This document shows positions 61,123 through 64,000 of a DNA stretch of 64,000 bases, piece by piece. Numbering within the stretch: the first letter of the stretch is position 1; each line of letters starts with the position of its first letter. The DNA is from Tubulanus polymorphus. Its lineage: Eukaryota; Animalia; Nemertea. The stretch is from NCBI RefSeq assembly GCF_964204645.1, contig NC_134025.1, positions 4,960,001 to 5,024,000 of the forward strand, given 5' to 3'. The position numbers and the translations under genes were made by a program. Under the pieces are notes generated by a model. That model was not told where the DNA came from and did not search any database. It was given only the letters and a program-made list of their open reading frames with translations.

Positions 61123-64000
61123 AGCTGTAATTTTTCATTCAATGTGTAGGATCATAGAAATAGACAGGCATTTTTTCCGGATCATTTGGTTCTAAATTTT
61201 GAAAAATTTCTCGAAACATCAATGAATAAGAAGAATCAATTGTTTGAATTTAGGTGAAAAGTATGTGATGCTATGCATTAGTTTGAGTCTTATAGGAGCA
61301 GAGTTAGATTCGGATTCTTCCATAATCGGATCCTCCATAAATAAAATATCATGTTCGCCCCATCTGTAGATTATTGTTATGTCCATGAGGTCAATGGAAA
61401 AACCGAGTGATAAGTTTATTTCGTGCGTCCAGTGTTCTATATATGTAAATAATACCAGAAACAAATATTTTGAATTTTATTCATGTTGTTTTGTATATGA
61501 TTACCATTTGCATTATTGCGCGAGGAGATAAACATTTGTTGTTCGTCTCAGTAAACTTCTTTCTTTTTCACCAAAATGTGCCATGTACAATCTGTTATTA
61601 CCACTGTTCTGTGAGTACATCGAAGATCTAACTTCATATTTTGTTTCCTATCGTAATTTTGATGTATGAGATATATATTAGCATAAAGTCATCATCTGTA
61701 GATTGCGATGGTTTTTGCAGCATTTCTGATGTTGGCTTCTTATTGCTGTTTGACAGTAGGGTTTTTTAGAATGAAGTCCTTGTAAAAGGTTGAGGCAGGT
61801 CAAGTAACAATATCATTTTTGCTCCAATAATCAATACACCAGGTTAGAAGTAGGGAACTCTCCCCCTCTTGACACGTAATGTAATAGCAAAAAATATTAA
61901 TTTTTACAATCTTGATACACCTCATGATTATGCGTAATGAGAGTTGCATAGTGTCACTGTCTCTGAGAGGATCTCTCTCTTAACACACTTCAAACGGTAA
62001 CATGTGTGATCTCTATTTCAACACACGCGCATGCAATGGTTTCAACACTTCTGAAAGGTGCGAGTTTGACACATTGCTTTGTGCAGATTGAATAAATATG
62101 GTTTCAATCTAAATTTTCCTCCCGTGTCTTTTCTAAAAAATGAAATTAGAGATAGAAATTATGAAAAAAATGTTACAATCAAATTGAATCGACCATTAAT
62201 TGAATTTGTCCATTAATTGGTGGAAAAATATCATGAAGCCATTTTTTTTTTACATCTGCAGGACATTTATTCAATGTTTCATCTTAGAATGAAATGTTCC
62301 TTTGTCTATGTTATCGGGTCAAATGTGTTCTCTCATTTGGTTTGTAGATTTTAAATGATGTAGTAATGTGACAGCCACACCTGTATTTGTATATACGTAT
62401 TCAATAGCACATTTTCTCATTGTTGTGAAACAACATTTTGTACATAAATAACAGTTATAATTTATTACAGTGCCTTGTTTAAACATATAGCAATAGTTGC
62501 CTTACTGCTTCGGCATATTACTATATGTATAGGTACATGATTTGTACATCTGCTTGATGAGCCGTACAATGTTTCTTTCATTGATCTATATTTTGATAAA
62601 ATTATATATAACTGATTGCGTATACTGAATGCTATTTTAGACTATCACGACCAGCCTGTAAAGCGCTGCTTGCGTTATTTAAGCGCGAGTATTCATCCGA
62701 CTAAACGACAATCAAAAGAATTTAGGAAATTGTATAGAATTAACTGTTGAGCTGTATGATATTATGATTGTAAACTTTTAAATGTCTATTTTTCGACCAG
62801 TTGTCATGAGTGATGTTGTGCTTACTATCCCCCAAAAGGTTCTGATTCAAGGCAGCTATGAGGGATTTTTCCATTTCCATAAAAAAGATAGGACTTACTA
62901 AATAGCAAAATATAGTCGAATAGGAAACTGGTCGCATGATGCATATGCAGAAATTTGGTATCAAAATCTATGCGATTATGATTTCATTCAAAACAATGTA
63001 TGGTTACTGGGGTATTCAGTAATGTCCTGCTTTGTTGATAGTTCTTCTAATAGATTAAACTATGAAGCTTTGCTTCAATACAGCTTTCTGCATCATTCTA
63101 ATGCATCTACGTTCGTTATCGTATTAAAACACGAAAGATTTATTCGTTATATTGTTATCATATAGATTCAAATTCGATATTTGTTTGAGTCTTGTTTTTA
63201 TGGAAGCATATCAATGTGCTTAATATCAATATTGATATAATATATTAATAATGTATTTATATGTAATTTAAAAAAGGTACGTACAATTTTACTACATACA
63301 TTTATAGGATATGAAGTGCCAAAGTGATACCGGTGTTGATAGACAGCTGTTCAAAAAATTAGCTCTAGTTAGTTAAGTTTTGGAAAATAATGGCGGATAG
63401 ATAGGTATACTGTCTGATGTATTTAACTCCTTGGTATCTGAACTACAAATAAGGAAATGGTTTGGGTAGAGAAAATTGCTCTCAAAGCTAAATTGTTTTT
63501 GAACCACATCATATGTGAATCTGTATATGTCGGAGTATTCACACATTCACGCAAAGAGTTTAAACATTTTTCGTAGGAACAATTTTTTAGGGTAACTTCA
63601 GCATTGTCTTAACCTGGGTCGATATGTGGTGGTGTAGATAAAGTGATGCAGATGCTGGTACACTTGTTTAGAAAAAGGATATCTGGAAAAGAAAAAGGAT
63701 AATGTAGTCGCCAATATAGGTCTACCGATATAGGCAGAATTTCGAATCTAAGAAAGTTGAAAATGGCTTGAGTGTGTCCATTGTGGTTGAAGCTTTTGTA
63801 CATTTTGAGAAATCGAACATTGTTGGTGTTATTGCTAATATTTTGAGCCACTCGGGATAAAAAATGTACAAATATGAAGACAATCAATAACAAAGTTTTA
63901 TAAGAGAAATAAAATCCACAATCATTAAATGGATATTTATTTGATCCTACTTTTTTAGTCTACTGTAAACTCGTATAAATTGAATTACAATTTCCCTGAA

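Noticed and set aside
63609-63893. 94-aa minus-strand ORF containing a U12-like ATATCCTTT motif
   Set aside because: No recognisable domain, no ATG context or exon chain, and no matching U12 branch site or acceptor identified. It could be a decayed repeat or belong to a gene outside the window.

Overview
AT-rich animal genomic DNA with GT-AG spliceosomal introns. It is most likely a lophotrochozoan invertebrate, inferred from gene content and not proven. I assembled five multi-exon genes by hand from splice sites and reading frames: (1) an STI1/DP-repeat protein lacking TPRs (- strand, 385-1971); (2) RBM48, head-to-head with gene 1 (+, 2127-3933); (3) a SENP6/7-type SUMO protease (-, 5407-13535); (4) the ANTH-domain clathrin adaptor PICALM/AP180, head-to-head with gene 3 (+, 14095-31447); (5) after about 16 kb with no coding gene, a nuclear receptor with two tandem DNA-binding domains (P-boxes CEACKK and CEGCKG) plus a complete ligand-binding domain (+, 47637-60862, about 973 aa), i.e. 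a 2DBD-NR. The 2DBD-NR is the most notable feature. Its two DBDs are interrupted by introns at identical positions and phases, which points to exon-block duplication. Other notable structure: nine consecutive frame-preserving phase-1 exons in PICALM, a near-perfect hairpin whose mismatches are all G-U compatible, a tandem duplication covering the NR stop codon, and several short terminal-inverted-repeat elements (MITEs). No rRNA, true tRNA or CRISPR array was found. Exon boundaries were read by eye and need transcript confirmation.
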